The notes: a model not told the origin generated them from the letters alone. A stretch of DNA of 64,000 nt from Candidatus Staskawiczbacteria bacterium (GCA_903845295.1 CAIMWV010000015.1:6354-70353), one strand, 5' to 3'. Numbered from the stretch's first letter, positions 15,648-26,625 are shown. Translations and numbers: made by a program.

Positions 15648-16382
15648 ATGGCGACACTTATTATACTACTTTCGATAGCAACATTTGTTTCCACTCTTCT
15701 GGGCGGACTCTTTGCCGTTAAATTTAAAAATAAACTCCACTATATCATGGCTTTTGCCTCAGGAGTTTTGCTTGGAGTTGTAGCATTTGATATTTTCCCG
15801 GAAATTATTGAACAGGTTAAAACTTATAACTTTAATTCTGTTGAAGCTATGATTGCTTTAGTCTTGGGCTTTTTAATTTTCCACATATTAGAAAAAAGCA
15901 TTTTAATACAGCATTGCCATGAAGAGGAATGTGCTGCCCATCACAAACATCCGCATATAGGAATTGCCTCTGCTTTGGCTTTAGCCGGCCACAGTTTTAT
16001 GGACGGAGTCGGTATCGGACTCGGTTTTCAGGTCAGTCCTGTCGTAGGATTATTGGTTGCGGTTGCTGTTATTTCCCACGATTTTACAGATGGTATGAAC
16101 ACGGTGACATTGATGCTCAACAATAAAAATACTGACAGAAATTCCAAAATATTTCTGCTTTTAGATTCTGTAACGCCTGTTTTGGGAGCTGCATCAACTT
16201 TATTTTTTAAAGTTTCCCCTCATTTTTTGGTTTTATATTTGGGATTCTTCGCAGGATTCTTGCTTTACATCGGAGCATCGGACATTTTGCCGGAAGCCCA
16301 TTCGCAGCACAGCTCTTATAAATTAATGGGCCTGACAATTCTAGGCACATTATTCATTTTTATCATCACCCGTTTTATTTAA
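15648..16382 (+). CDS. ZIP-family divalent metal transporter (ZupT-like)
   Basis: 244 aa, about 7-8 TM helices, His-rich loop HCHEEECAAHHKHPH, motif HSFMDGVGIG...SHDFTDG. TATAAT at 15632-15637 lies 10 nt before the ATG. Confidence 0.85.
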   Translation: MATLIILLSIATFVSTLLGGLFAVKFKNKLHYIMAFASGVLLGVVAFDIFPEIIEQVKTYNFNSVEAMIALVLGFLIFHILEKSILIQHCHEEECAAHHKHPHIGIASALALAGHSFMDGVGIGLGFQVSPVVGLLVAVAVISHDFTDGMNTVTLMLNNKNTDRNSKIFLLLDSVTPVLGAASTLFFKVSPHFLVLYLGFFAGFLLYIGASDILPEAHSQHSSYKLMGLTILGTLFIFIITRFI

Positions 16383-16462
16383 AATTATTATGTCTCCATT
16401 TCAAATCAAAAACTCAGTCATATGGCTGAGTTTTTGGTGTTTTGTACTTTATGTTTTATGAT

Positions 16463-17995
16463 TTACCTGGCATATTCTATTACTCTGTTTTCCCTAATAA
16501 CCACAACTTTGACTTCCCCGGGGTATTTCAATTCTTCTTCAATTTCTGCTGCTATCTGCTTAGCTATTTTTGCAGCTCCCAAATCGTCAACCCTGTCTGA
16601 TTTCACGAATACGCGTATTTCCCTTCCCGCCTGGATTGCATATGTTTTTTCAACGCCTTCAAATTTGTTTGCAATATCCTCTAAATCTTTCAATCTCTGC
16701 AGATAATTTTCCAACGTATCCTTTCTGGCTCCCGGGCGCGAACCAGAAATTGCATCGGCTGTTTTCACGATTACAGCCTCCAATGTTTCTGCGGGATAAT
16801 CTTCATGGTGGGCCCTCATTGCTTTTATAATGGCTTCCGACTCGCCAAACTTTTCCAAAATCTTAATTCCAATTTCAATATGGGAACCCTGTATCTGCTG
16901 GTCAATTGCTTTGCCAATATCGTGCAAAAGTCCTGCTCTTTTTGCAATCTGGCTGTTTGCCCCCAGTTCTTCTGCCATTGTTTCTGATATCAAAGCAACC
17001 TCCATTGAATGCATCAAAACATTCTGGCCATAGCTTGTTCTGTAATGCAATCTGCCTAAAATCTGGATGAGCTTCTCGTTTAATCCGATAACCCCTACCT
17101 CATAAGATGCTTTTTCACCGGCTTCTTTTATTTTGACTGCAATTTCCGCCTTGGCTTCTTCAACTTTTTCTTCAATTTTAGCCGGCTGGATTCTGCCGTC
17201 TGCAATTAATTTGTCCAAAGCAACTTTGGCAATCTGCCTTCTGATCGGATTGAATCCTGAAATAACAACTGACTCGGGAGTTTCGTCAACAATCAGCTCA
17301 ACGCCGGTTAATTTTTCGAATGCCCTGATATTTCTGCCTTCTTTGCCGATAATCCTGCCCTTTAATTCTTCATTGGCGAGAATTACTGTTGTTGTTGTCA
17401 GTTCCTGCGCCTGAGAAACCGCGCATTTTTGGATTGCTAAAGTAACAATTTCTTTTGCCCTATTTTGCAATTTTTCCTGGTTTCCCTCCTCCAGCTTTTT
17501 CATCCTCGCTAAAATTTCTTTTTCGTTTTCAATTTCAACTAATGCCAGCAATTCTTTTTTGGCATCCTCTCTTGAAAGCTGGGCTACCTTTTCCAGTTTG
17601 CCTTCCGCCTCGAGCCTCAATTGTTCCAAGCTTTCTTTTATGGTTTTTAGCTTTTCTCCTTTAGTTTGAAGCTCTTTTTCTTTTTCCTCAAAAGAAATGA
17701 TTCTTTCAGCCAGCAAACTTTCTCTGTTTAATAAAAGCTGTTGGGCTTTTAAAAATTCCCTCCTTCTTTCATCAACGTCTTTTTGAGCCCTTTCTACAAT
17801 GTCGGAAGCCTTTTTCTCTGCATTCCTCACCATTGCAGTCGTCTCTTCTTTAACGTCTATAACTTTTTTCTGCAATTTCGCTTCAAGCGTGCCGGCTCTT
17901 CTTTTTGCCAGGTTTTGCCTGACATAATATCCCAAAATAGAACCTGCAATCAAAGCCACTGCAGCTATAATTACCGATAAAAATGTTTGATCCAC
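16463..17995 (-). CDS. rny: Ribonuclease Y
   Basis: 510 aa. N-terminal TM helix, coiled coil, KH domain (GRIIGKEGRNIR), HD domain (LLHDIGK). GTG start at 17995. Confidence 0.95.
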   Translation of the reverse strand: MDQTFLSVIIAAVALIAGSILGYYVRQNLAKRRAGTLEAKLQKKVIDVKEETTAMVRNAEKKASDIVERAQKDVDERRREFLKAQQLLLNRESLLAERIISFEEKEKELQTKGEKLKTIKESLEQLRLEAEGKLEKVAQLSREDAKKELLALVEIENEKEILARMKKLEEGNQEKLQNRAKEIVTLAIQKCAVSQAQELTTTTVILANEELKGRIIGKEGRNIRAFEKLTGVELIVDETPESVVISGFNPIRRQIAKVALDKLIADGRIQPAKIEEKVEEAKAEIAVKIKEAGEKASYEVGVIGLNEKLIQILGRLHYRTSYGQNVLMHSMEVALISETMAEELGANSQIAKRAGLLHDIGKAIDQQIQGSHIEIGIKILEKFGESEAIIKAMRAHHEDYPAETLEAVIVKTADAISGSRPGARKDTLENYLQRLKDLEDIANKFEGVEKTYAIQAGREIRVFVKSDRVDDLGAAKIAKQIAAEIEEELKYPGEVKVVVIRENRVIEYAR

Positions 17996-18096
17996 GGTCT
18001 TGTGAGCGAGGCGAACAAGATTGCTTCGGAAATTAGACCCTGATATATCTTATACATTGTGGGTCTAATTTACGCTGAACACCTTACGCTTCGCTG
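17996..18096 (-). promoter_or_regulatory. Two-hairpin leader RNA motif, copy C (abuts rny GTG)
   Basis: Sense strand: cgtaaattagaccc-acaatgtataagatatatca-gggtctaatttccg, then gtcttgt-tcgcctcgctc-acaagac, then c-GTG. Confidence 0.6.
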
Positions 18097-18111
18097 TTTA
18101 ATTTTTCTAAT

Positions 18112-18137
18112 AAATAAAACTCACTTTGCTCAGTGAG
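18112..18137 (-). terminator. Terminator downstream of clpP
   Basis: Minus strand ctcact-gagcaa-agtgag followed by ttttatttatt. Confidence 0.5.
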
Positions 18138-18173
18138 TGTGCATAAGATACATTCAAATTTTACGGAGGTTTA

Positions 18174-18755
18174 TTATTTTCCGCCTATTACTTCATCAAT
18201 CAGTCCGTATTTTTTGGCTTCTTCTGCGGTTAAATAAAAATCCCTGTCAGTGTCCTTTTCCACCTTGGTTATGGGCTGGCCTGTATGCGAAGACAGAATT
18301 TTATTTAATTTTTCTTTCATCAGCACAATCTGCTTTGCGGTAATTTCAATGTCTGCCGCCTGTCCCTGCATGCCTCCGGCAACCTGGTGCAAAAGTATTT
18401 CGGCATTAGGCAGGGAAAATCTTTTCCCCTTGGTGCCTGCCGCCAAAATAACTGCTGCCATTGAAGCCGTAAGCCCTATGCAAATGGTAGAAACAGGGCA
18501 TTTCAAATACTGCATTGTATCATAAATCGCTAACCCGGCCGTAACCGAACCTCCTGGGCTGTTTATGTAAAGCTTTATGTCTCTTTTTGAGTCTTTCGAT
18601 GCTAAATAAAGCATCTGGGCAATAACCACATTTGCGTTCATATCTGTAACTGGACCCGCAAGAAAAATAATGCGCTCTTCTAAAAGCCTTGAAAATATAT
18701 CGTATGCGCGCTCACCGCGCTGTGTTCTTTCTACAATAGTTGGTACTATTGGCAC
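18174..18755 (-). CDS. clpP: ATP-dependent Clp protease proteolytic subunit
   Basis: 193 aa. RIIFLAGPV..., active-site context [11 protein letters not shown] and [11 protein letters not shown] start. Confidence 0.95.
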   Translation of the reverse strand: MPIVPTIVERTQRGERAYDIFSRLLEERIIFLAGPVTDMNANVVIAQMLYLASKDSKRDIKLYINSPGGSVTAGLAIYDTMQYLKCPVSTICIGLTASMAAVILAAGTKGKRFSLPNAEILLHQVAGGMQGQAADIEITAKQIVLMKEKLNKILSSHTGQPITKVEKDTDRDFYLTAEEAKKYGLIDEVIGGK

Positions 18756-18800
18756 GTTATTATATTGTTAATTTTTAATGATTAATTTTTAATTTTAAAA

Positions 18801-19559
18801 CTACTTCGTAAATTTAAAAGTGGAAAGCATCTCGTTGTAGATTGTTTTGTATCCGCTATCTGTCGAATTCAGATCTAGATTTGACCCCAAACCGTTTGTA
18901 TGAATATAAATGGGAGATTCTGGACTATTCATCCCACAAGTCTGTCTGCAATTTAATAAACTATTTCCAGCAAGAGGACAAAACGCAACGCCATCAATGT
19001 TGCAACTAAATTTTTGGTATGTCCATGACGATGGATATTTGACCGAAATACCTAAACTTATATCTGTATATGTTTTCCAGCCAGCGGTTTGGTCGGTCGG
19101 CATAACAATGCTGAAGTTATTATTGCTCTCATCATAAACAGACGCATCTCCATATTTGCTTATCCTTACCTTGAAGTCATTCCCACTTACCCCTGCTCCC
19201 TGTGTAGGCGGTAATAACCAGCTATAAGTGCCATTGTTATTAATTTGTGAAACTATGTTCAAGTAAAAATTTACTCCTCGGTATAAATCAATATTAATAT
19301 AAGGAATATTCGATGTTCCTGTTGATGTCCAAGTTATATTATGTGTTTCTCCTATTACCCACGCCTCTCCTCCATTTGGCGAAGTGACGGTAATTGAAGG
19401 CTGAGCGGTTTGGTTATTTTGATTTTGATTTTGCTGCGTTTGAACAACTGGTTGTGTTTTTGGCGCAAAATATTGATAAGCAAAAAAACCTGCTACAACT
19501 ACAAGCACGACTATAACTACTACTAATATTACGGAAGCAACTCCTTTTTGGGTTTGCAT
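18801..19559 (-). CDS. Secreted/membrane-anchored hypothetical protein with C-terminal DQTAGWK...STFKFTK module
   Basis: Track ORF 18801..19610 trimmed to ATG 19559 (MQTQKGVASVILVVV...) to avoid overlap with tig. The C-terminal ~100 aa are paralogous to two modules in 40739..42271. Confidence 0.65.
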   Translation of the reverse strand: MQTQKGVASVILVVVIVVLVVVAGFFAYQYFAPKTQPVVQTQQNQNQNNQTAQPSITVTSPNGGEAWVIGETHNITWTSTGTSNIPYINIDLYRGVNFYLNIVSQINNNGTYSWLLPPTQGAGVSGNDFKVRISKYGDASVYDESNNNFSIVMPTDQTAGWKTYTDISLGISVKYPSSWTYQKFSCNIDGVAFCPLAGNSLLNCRQTCGMNSPESPIYIHTNGLGSNLDLNSTDSGYKTIYNEMLSTFKFTK

Positions 19560-19563
19560 ATTT

Positions 19564-20856
19564 TTATAATTTTGACGAAAAATTTTCCAATATCTGGAAT
19601 ATCTTTTCATTATGAATTACTCCCTTAGTATACTCTTTTAATTGCTCAATGTCAATCTTTGCTAACTGCTCTTTAGAATAATTTTTGACGGATTTTGTGA
19701 CCTCTTCTTCAACTTCTTTATCAGAAACTTCAATATTTTCTTTCTTCCCAAGCTCTCTCAAAACCAAAAATCCTCTAAGTCTTTTCTCGGCTTCCTTCTG
19801 ATAGGTTTCTTTTATTTCTGCCTCTGTCTTTTTTATGGAAGCTAAATATTCTTCAAATGTAATCTTTATACTTTGTGCAATTTTATTTTTTAAATCTTCC
19901 AGCAATCTTTCTTTTTCATATTCTACCATTGCTTCTGGCATTTCAAACTTTGCTTTCTCGGCAATTTTGTCCAAAATTTCCGCTCTTATCCTTTGTTTTT
20001 CAGCTTCCTTTTTTTCCGTTGTTATGCCTTCTTTCATGCCGGTTTTTAGCGCCATCAACGAATCGAAAGCCCCTAATTCTTTTGCAAATTCATCGTTAAT
20101 TTCCGGCAATTCCATTTTTTGGACTGAAATTATTTTGACTTTGAAAACTCCTTCTTTTCCTGCCAGATCTTTTTTCGGAGAATCATCAGGAAACTTTACA
20201 GAAATTTGTTTTTCTTCGCCGGCTTTCATTCCAATAATGCCATCCTCAAACCCCTTCATAAATCCGCCTTCGCCTAAAATAAACTTGTCATCAACTTCCT
20301 TGCCCCCATTTATATCCTTGTTCTGGTATTTAATTTCAACAAAATCTTTTTTCTCAGCCGGCTCGTTTTTTAATGTAAGCTTTGCCCTGGTCTTTTGCAG
20401 GTAATTTAAAGTATCCTGAACTTCTTCTTCTGTCACAGAAATTTCTTTGCCTGCCCGCGCAGGCAAGCCCTTCACGGTTTTGGCAATTTGTTTATAATCA
20501 GGCAACTCGACATCGGGCAAAACAGTAATAACTGCCTTAAATATAAAAGGAGAACCCTGGGCTACTTTTACAATTGAAACTTCCGGCTGGCCAACCGGCT
20601 CCAATTTGCTTTCTAAAATATATTTTGAATAAGTTTCCCTAACTGCACAATCTCCGGCCTCCATTAAAAGCGACTCTGGTTTTATTTTATCTTCAACCAT
20701 TTTGTTTGGAGCTTTGCCAGCCCTGAATCCATCAACCTTAACATGCTGTTTCAAATGCCCCAAAGCATGCTCAATATGATGTTTAAATTCCTCTTCTGTA
20801 AGTTCAAATTCAATCTCAACTTGAGATTTTGGTAATTTTTTTTGATTTGTTTTCAT
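19564..20856 (-). CDS. tig: Trigger factor
   Basis: Track ORF starts at TTG 20871; ATG 20856 (MKTNQKKLPKSQVEIEFEL) is preferred. Domain order is ribosome-binding N-domain, FKBP-like PPIase, C-terminal domain. Confidence 0.9.
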   Translation of the reverse strand: MKTNQKKLPKSQVEIEFELTEEEFKHHIEHALGHLKQHVKVDGFRAGKAPNKMVEDKIKPESLLMEAGDCAVRETYSKYILESKLEPVGQPEVSIVKVAQGSPFIFKAVITVLPDVELPDYKQIAKTVKGLPARAGKEISVTEEEVQDTLNYLQKTRAKLTLKNEPAEKKDFVEIKYQNKDINGGKEVDDKFILGEGGFMKGFEDGIIGMKAGEEKQISVKFPDDSPKKDLAGKEGVFKVKIISVQKMELPEINDEFAKELGAFDSLMALKTGMKEGITTEKKEAEKQRIRAEILDKIAEKAKFEMPEAMVEYEKERLLEDLKNKIAQSIKITFEEYLASIKKTEAEIKETYQKEAEKRLRGFLVLRELGKKENIEVSDKEVEEEVTKSVKNYSKEQLAKIDIEQLKEYTKGVIHNEKIFQILENFSSKL

Positions 20857-20942
20857 TGATTTTATGAACAAATGAATAAAATCATCCTGAGGCTTGCGCG
20901 GATATATATTTTTTTCATTGCGCGCGAATCGAAGGAATGCCT

Positions 20943-21230
20943 TTATTCGGGAACATTTTTCTCATTAAGCTCTTTTACTAATTTTTCTGCAATTTTTTTT
21001 CGCTCCGGACTAAATAAGGCAATGACTTCACATGCTTTTGCCAAACTGACAGAAAAATCTATTTTTAAAATCAAACATTTGTCCTCGATATTTATTATAT
21101 GATAATAAAAATTATCTTTATTTATTTTTTCCATAAGTTTATTTGTCCTCTTAAATTTTCCGCAAAAAATTTTGGAGGATTTAATATTAATATTGTCTAA
21201 TTTAACATTTTTTTTGTAATAAATCAACAA
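20943..21230 (-). CDS. Hypothetical small protein (start uncertain)
   Basis: 95-aa ORF, very AT-rich. An internal ATG (MEKINKDN...) is an alternative start. No family recognised. Confidence 0.3.
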   Translation of the reverse strand: MLIYYKKNVKLDNINIKSSKIFCGKFKRTNKLMEKINKDNFYYHIINIEDKCLILKIDFSVSLAKACEVIALFSPERKKIAEKLVKELNEKNVPE

Positions 21231-21260
21231 AAAGCGGGCCTGCGGGCCCGCAAAATCCCG

Positions 21261-21291
21261 AACGGCTCAAATGGAAGAAATGAGCCGTTCG
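21261..21291 (-). terminator. Hairpin immediately after the wHTH reading frame
   Basis: gaacggctca-aatggaagaaa-tgagccgttc, a 10-bp stem. Confidence 0.45.
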
Positions 21292-21858
21292 CTAGATTGC
21301 TTGATAAAAAGTTTCATGTCCGGTTTTGCCAACCTGCTTAATCCTTCCCTGCCTTTCTAGTTCGTCAAAATATCTTGCTGCCGTAGCTTGAGAAATTCGT
21401 AAAAGCTTGCACGCCTCCGCATTAGTAATTTTATTTTTTTGTTTTGCAAACTCTAAAATCTTATCCAGCTTCTTTTGCTTACGCCCGGCAATTACAGCTT
21501 TACATTTCTACAAAAGTACTGAAAGTGGGTTAGTCGGCCTTAGTGCCTCGCTCGCAACCGGCTCGCCTGCCTGCGCAGGCTCGCTCGCCGGCGTTTCCAC
21601 AATTGGCTCTGTTTTCGCTTTATTTGAGTCTAAATTGGCCTCTGCCTGGGCTTCTATTTGAGATGGTACTTCTGCCGATTCCGACTCCAAACCCGCCTTT
21701 GGTGCTTCTACGGCCTCCGAAGCATTACCGCCCTCCGGCGTTACCTCCAGTTCACCCGAATCCTGCACGGGCTCATTTGCAACTGGCTCCTCCTTTGCCA
21801 TGCCGGAGCCTTCGGCGGAGGCTGGTGTGATTGTTGAATTGCTTGAATCGTCTGCCAT
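21292..21858 (-). pseudogene. Acidic disordered region plus winged-helix DNA-binding domain, interrupted by an in-frame TAG
   Basis: ORF 21508..21858 (Pro/Ala/Glu/Ser-rich) ends at TAG 21510-21508. The same frame continues for 71 codons (KCKAVIAGRKQKKLDKILEFAKQKNKITNAEACKLLRISQATAARYFDELERQGRIKQVGKTGHETFYQAI) with no start codon of its own. Confidence 0.5.
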
Positions 21859-21862
21859 AAAA

Positions 21863-23005
21863 TTATTTCATAAAAGCATTCAAATATCTAGAGTAAACAT
21901 ATGTTCTGTCATAAGTTCCTTTCTCTTCTTTTGTATCTAATATGCCAAGTTTTATAAAACGATCAACTACTCCTTGAGCTCCAGCCCTTGTAAAACCAGT
22001 CCATTTCATAATGACACTAGTGGAAACTATTGGGTCAGCAAATAAATGAGAAAGCACTAAAACACCACTTTCAGATTCGCGCTTAGCCAATGCCTGAATT
22101 TTTAACATATCATTATCTCTTAATTCTCTTATTTCTTTTGAAATTTTTATTGATTCATTCGCGGTATCAATTATTCCGTCAAGAAAAAAATCAAGCCATG
22201 CGATGATTTCTCCCTCATGGTACCCGTTCAAACGAGAATAATAAACTTTTTGATTTTTCTTAAAATAAGAAGAAAGAAATAATACGGGCCTCTCGAGTAA
22301 TTTTCTTCTACACATAAGCATTGTAACTATTAAGCGACCCGTTCTCCCATTACCATCCAAAAATGGGTGTATGGTTTCAAATTGTGCATGCACTAAACCA
22401 ACATGTATCAAGGGAAGAGTTATTTTTTCATCACGTAAAAAATTTTCGAAATCACCTAAGGCTCTATGCATCTCATCAACGGGGGGTGGTACAAAAAGCG
22501 CATTGAAAGGAGACGTTCCGTTAATCCAATTTTGTCTTTCCCGAAACTCTCCGGGATTAGCCGGCTGTGTTGCTCTAGCTCCTGTCATTAATTGTTCGTG
22601 TATCTCTTTAATGAGACGAAGAGAAAGCGGGAAATCGTTTAGTCTTTTAGTTCCATAATTTAAGGCCTTAATATAATAAAGAATGTCATCTGCATCTGTT
22701 TCATTTACAGAAATACCAACATCTTTTTCGATAGCATCAACTATAGTTGCTTTTGTGCCTTCAATTTGAGCAGACGAGGTCGCATCTTTTTTAACGAACA
22801 TATGCAAGAAAAATTCAACGTCTGGTAAGATGTGCGTTATACCATCTAATTTTCCTATAAGCCCGCGTGCTTCGTCGGCCTTCGCCAAAAGAGTTGGAGG
22901 AAAACTGAAAATTCCTTTGGGAGGGAAAGGATTTGGGATAAAAGCCGAAGAGCCATCTTTTTGCTTTATATTTTTGCCTATTTCTATTTTCATTATAGTT
23001 TGCAT
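21863..23005 (-). CDS. Fic-family protein (AMPylase-type Fido domain) with C-terminal wHTH
   Basis: 380 aa. Canonical Fic motif HPFLDGNGRTGR and the N-terminal Fic_N-type region. Confidence 0.9.
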   Translation of the reverse strand: MQTIMKIEIGKNIKQKDGSSAFIPNPFPPKGIFSFPPTLLAKADEARGLIGKLDGITHILPDVEFFLHMFVKKDATSSAQIEGTKATIVDAIEKDVGISVNETDADDILYYIKALNYGTKRLNDFPLSLRLIKEIHEQLMTGARATQPANPGEFRERQNWINGTSPFNALFVPPPVDEMHRALGDFENFLRDEKITLPLIHVGLVHAQFETIHPFLDGNGRTGRLIVTMLMCRRKLLERPVLFLSSYFKKNQKVYYSRLNGYHEGEIIAWLDFFLDGIIDTANESIKISKEIRELRDNDMLKIQALAKRESESGVLVLSHLFADPIVSTSVIMKWTGFTRAGAQGVVDRFIKLGILDTKEEKGTYDRTYVYSRYLNAFMK

Positions 23006-23153
23006 CTTTTAATACTTATATACTATATTACACTTTAGTATACATTAAGTCAACACTCATATACTAGTTTGAACGAGCCGTGGTTATTTCTCAATTAATT
23101 TTTATTTCCTCAGTTTACAGAAGCCCGGCATCTGCGAGCGAAGACATCCAACT

Positions 23154-23191
23154 GTTAGCAGAAATTACGCTATCGCGTAATTTCTGCTAAC
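23154..23191. repeat. Perfect 17-bp stem hairpin in a G+C-rich intergenic patch
   Basis: gttagcagaaattacgc-tatc-gcgtaatttctgctaac. One arm resembles 54883-54899 in the cassette-3 leader. Confidence 0.6.
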
Positions 23192-23261
23192 ACCCACCTT
23201 GCCCGTCCGAAGTCCCAATCAAGTCGTGGACGAAAAATAATTCTGTTTTCATTTTTTATTT

Positions 23262-23612
23262 TTATTTTTTAGAAAAGCTGATGTAAAGATATGCTCCAAA
23301 AACCCAAAGAGGAATTATAAGATTAGGAAAGGGGTCTTCATACATTAATCTCTGTATGTCGGTTTGTAAGAAAACAATCAAAAAAGCAACGACCAAAGCC
23401 ACTATTTCCATAGTTTTTCTTGTTGTAGTGGCTTCAACCATATTTAATTTTCTTCTTTTAGCCGACCGATATGCCAATACTCCTAAAATAATAACTGCTC
23501 CGGCTATGCCAAGACTGCTTGGAGTGGTAATGCCCCCAGCAAGGGCAACAATGCCAATTCCGAGAGCTATGGTAGACCATAAAAATCTTTTATCGCCTAA
23601 AAAATTTGCCAT
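23262..23612 (-). CDS. Hypothetical membrane protein, 116 aa
   Basis: ATG ORF with 3-4 hydrophobic helices. Confidence 0.55.
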   Translation of the reverse strand: MANFLGDKRFLWSTIALGIGIVALAGGITTPSSLGIAGAVIILGVLAYRSAKRRKLNMVEATTTRKTMEIVALVVAFLIVFLQTDIQRLMYEDPFPNLIIPLWVFGAYLYISFSKK

Positions 23613-23713
23613 ATATTTATTAATTAGTTTATATTATATTATCTTACTCCTCCCAAACCCGCTAAACAAGCAAAAAGCCGCCTATAGCGGCTTTTTTATT
23701 CGAAATCCACTGC

Positions 23714-24031
23714 TTAATTTTTAAAGAATGGCAATCTTTCCAAAATGAATTTTCTTTTCCTATTCAAATGTTCTAACCCATACTGATATTTTTCTACTGC
23801 GGCTTTTATTTGTCTTTCCATAAAAACCGTGGTGACGTCTTTGCCCTTTGTCCCCGATTTAATAGTATCTATTTCTTTTTGTTTTTGTGTTTCAATTCTC
23901 TCAATTTTTATTTCATAAAGCATAACCCTTAATAAACTAAACATTATATAAAAAACTCCAAATAAAAAAATAAAAGATGCCACATCTAAACTGGTTTCTC
24001 TAAAAAATTCCTTTATTACAAACCAATCCAT
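23714..24031 (-). CDS. Hypothetical membrane-anchored protein, 105 aa
   Basis: ATG ORF with one N-terminal TM helix and a charged C-terminus. Confidence 0.5.
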   Translation of the reverse strand: MDWFVIKEFFRETSLDVASFIFLFGVFYIMFSLLRVMLYEIKIERIETQKQKEIDTIKSGTKGKDVTTVFMERQIKAAVEKYQYGLEHLNRKRKFILERLPFFKN

Positions 24032-24040
24032 AAATTTATT

Positions 24041-24616
24041 TTATAATCCGAATAAATAACTAGCTATACTAGAGCCTACTCCAACCAGTAAAAATGCGTA
24101 TAAAAAGTCGAACCAAAAAAACCTTAGTGCATTTGCAATCCACATTACTGCAACAAAAATGAAAGCCAAATAATGAAGAATGTTACCACTTGTCTTAATT
24201 TCTTTTTTACTTGTTTCCCAAATGTTTTTCATATCGTGATTACTGGGAAAGGCATTAACTCCAGCAGAAACACCGACCCACATTAAAAATATCCATATAA
24301 TTGATTCAGATGAAAAAAATGAAGCAAAAATGGTTAGAACTATTGAAGCTAAAGAATTTATAACCAATGGTCCGACTGAAATCCAAAAAGTTTGTGTATA
24401 TTTTTTGGGCTCTTCGTGTATTACATATCCAGCTGGTTTTCCACTAAAAGAAAAACGATAATATACCACCTTTTCTACACGAACCCTAGTCCATTCACAG
24501 AATTTTTTATGAGACCATTCGTGAATAATGACTCCGGGAAATGTTAATAATGATATTAAGTAGCCGGGTATTATAAACATAATTTTTATTTTTAATAATA
24601 GAATTAAACTAATCAC
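24041..24616 (-). CDS. Membrane protein with HExxH motif (DUF3267 / putative zincin-like)
   Basis: 191 aa. HEWSH motif after the first TM helix and multiple TM helices. Start uncertain (alternative MFIIPGY). Confidence 0.5.
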   Translation of the reverse strand: MISLILLLKIKIMFIIPGYLISLLTFPGVIIHEWSHKKFCEWTRVRVEKVVYYRFSFSGKPAGYVIHEEPKKYTQTFWISVGPLVINSLASIVLTIFASFFSSESIIWIFLMWVGVSAGVNAFPSNHDMKNIWETSKKEIKTSGNILHYLAFIFVAVMWIANALRFFWFDFLYAFLLVGVGSSIASYLFGL

Positions 24617-24645
24617 CCCGCGCTTTTTAGGCGCGGGGCAAGATT

Positions 24646-26625
24646 TTATACTAGAAACGCTACGATCAGCAAGGCCACAATATTTAGAACTTTAATCATT
24701 GGGTTAATAGCTGGCCCTGCTGTGTCTTTATAGGGGTCACCAACTGTGTCGCCGGTGACTGCGGCTTGGTGGGCAAAACTTCCTTTTCCGCCATAAGCCC
24801 CGCCTTCAATATATTTTTTGGCATTGTCCCAGGCAGCGCCTCCGGTTGTCATCGAAATTCCGACGAATAATCCTGTAACAATGGCTCCTATTAATAATCC
24901 GCCCAAAGCTTCCGGTCCTAAAATAAATCCGACTAAAATTGGGGCTGCAACCGGAATCAAAGCCGGCAAAAGCATTTCTTTAATTGCGGCTTTTGTAACA
25001 ATATCAACCGCTTTTCCATATTCCGGTTTTGCGGTTCCTTCCATTAAGCCTTTTATTTCTTTAAATTGCCTTCTGACTTCCTCAACAACTTTCCCGGCTG
25101 TTTTTCCGACGGCTCCCATCAAAAATGAAGCAAATAAATAAGGAAGCAGTCCGCCGATTAAAAGTCCTGCAATAACCTGGGGATTTGTCAAAGAAAAATT
25201 TATTGAGCCGTTTATGCTGACTTTTTCTGAATATGCGGCAAACAAAACCAAAGCCGCCAATCCCGCTGAAGCGATTGCATATCCTTTTGTAACTGCTTTT
25301 GTTGTGTTTCCCACTGCATCCAATGCATCTGTAATTTTTCTGACGTCTTCTGGCATTCCTGCCATTTCTGCAATTCCGCCGGCGTTGTCTGTAATCGGGC
25401 CATAAGCATCAACTCCTACAACAATTCCCGAGATTGAAAGCATTGCCATTACAGCCAATGCAACTCCGTAAATTCCGGCCAGCCAGAAACTTATAATTGT
25501 CCCGAAAGCAATCAGTAAAACCGGATAAGCGGTTGACTGCATCCCTAATCCAATTCCCCTGATTATATTTGTAGCGTGTCCGGTTTCAGATGCCTTGGCA
25601 ATCGATTTTACCGGGCCATAGCTTTTTGATGTGTAATATTCCGTGATGACAAACATTCCGGCTGCAATTACCAAGCCAACTAGTGTTGAGAAATAAAGAT
25701 TTGTGGCGGAAGTTATCTGGCCTGCCATATACCTTGAAATAACAAAATAAAATGCGACTGCCGATAAAATCACTGTTGCAACAACTCCCTTATACATTGC
25801 CCCCATTATATTCTGCTTTTTCCCGAGTCTGACAAAATAGCTTCCGACAATTGAAGTCAAAATTGAAACGCTGCATAAAATTAAAGGCAGTAAAACAAAT
25901 TGGGGAGATATCGGATACAATAAGGCTCCCAGAATCATAGTGGCGACAATTGTGACGCTGTAAGTTTCAAAAATGTCAGCTGCCATGCCGGCACAGTCTC
26001 CAACATTGTCTCCAACCTGGTCTGCAATAACTGCCGGGTTCCTCGGGTCGTCCTCCGGAATTCCTTTTTCAACCTTTCCCACCAAGTCGGCTCCCACATC
26101 TGCCGCCTTTGTATAAATTCCTCCGCCAACCCTGGCAAAAACAGAAATCAAGCTGGCTCCAAATCCCAGCCCGATCAATCCTGTTATTCCTGTTAAAAAA
26201 TAATATCCTGAAACCGCCAATAATCCTAAGCTCACAACCATCAGGCCCGTAATTAATCCTCCCTTAAAAGAAATATCTAAAGCTTTTGCCAAACCTTTTT
26301 TTGCGGCCTCTGCAACCCTGGTGTTTGCTTGGGTTGAAACAATCATCCCGATAAATCCCGAAACTCCCGACAAAACAGCCCCGATTAAAAATCCAATTGC
26401 AATTTTCCATCCCATAAAAAATAACAGGATGAATAAAATGATTCCCACGATGCTTATTGTTAGATATTGCCTTTTTAAATAAGACATTGCGCCTTCCTGC
26501 ACTGCCTGGGTTATTGCCACTGCTTTGTCTCCGGCAGCCGGCGATTTTTTTATCTGTGAAACCAGAAACCAGACAAACACAATCGCAAAAAGCGAAACTA
26601 TAATCGGAAAATATATGAGACTCAT
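24646..26625 (-). CDS. hppA: Membrane-bound proton/sodium-translocating pyrophosphatase
   Basis: 659 aa, about 15 TM helices. Signature motifs [49 protein letters not shown]. Confidence 0.95.
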   Translation of the reverse strand: MSLIYFPIIVSLFAIVFVWFLVSQIKKSPAAGDKAVAITQAVQEGAMSYLKRQYLTISIVGIILFILLFFMGWKIAIGFLIGAVLSGVSGFIGMIVSTQANTRVAEAAKKGLAKALDISFKGGLITGLMVVSLGLLAVSGYYFLTGITGLIGLGFGASLISVFARVGGGIYTKAADVGADLVGKVEKGIPEDDPRNPAVIADQVGDNVGDCAGMAADIFETYSVTIVATMILGALLYPISPQFVLLPLILCSVSILTSIVGSYFVRLGKKQNIMGAMYKGVVATVILSAVAFYFVISRYMAGQITSATNLYFSTLVGLVIAAGMFVITEYYTSKSYGPVKSIAKASETGHATNIIRGIGLGMQSTAYPVLLIAFGTIISFWLAGIYGVALAVMAMLSISGIVVGVDAYGPITDNAGGIAEMAGMPEDVRKITDALDAVGNTTKAVTKGYAIASAGLAALVLFAAYSEKVSINGSINFSLTNPQVIAGLLIGGLLPYLFASFLMGAVGKTAGKVVEEVRRQFKEIKGLMEGTAKPEYGKAVDIVTKAAIKEMLLPALIPVAAPILVGFILGPEALGGLLIGAIVTGLFVGISMTTGGAAWDNAKKYIEGGAYGGKGSFAHQAAVTGDTVGDPYKDTAGPAINPMIKVLNIVALLIVAFLV

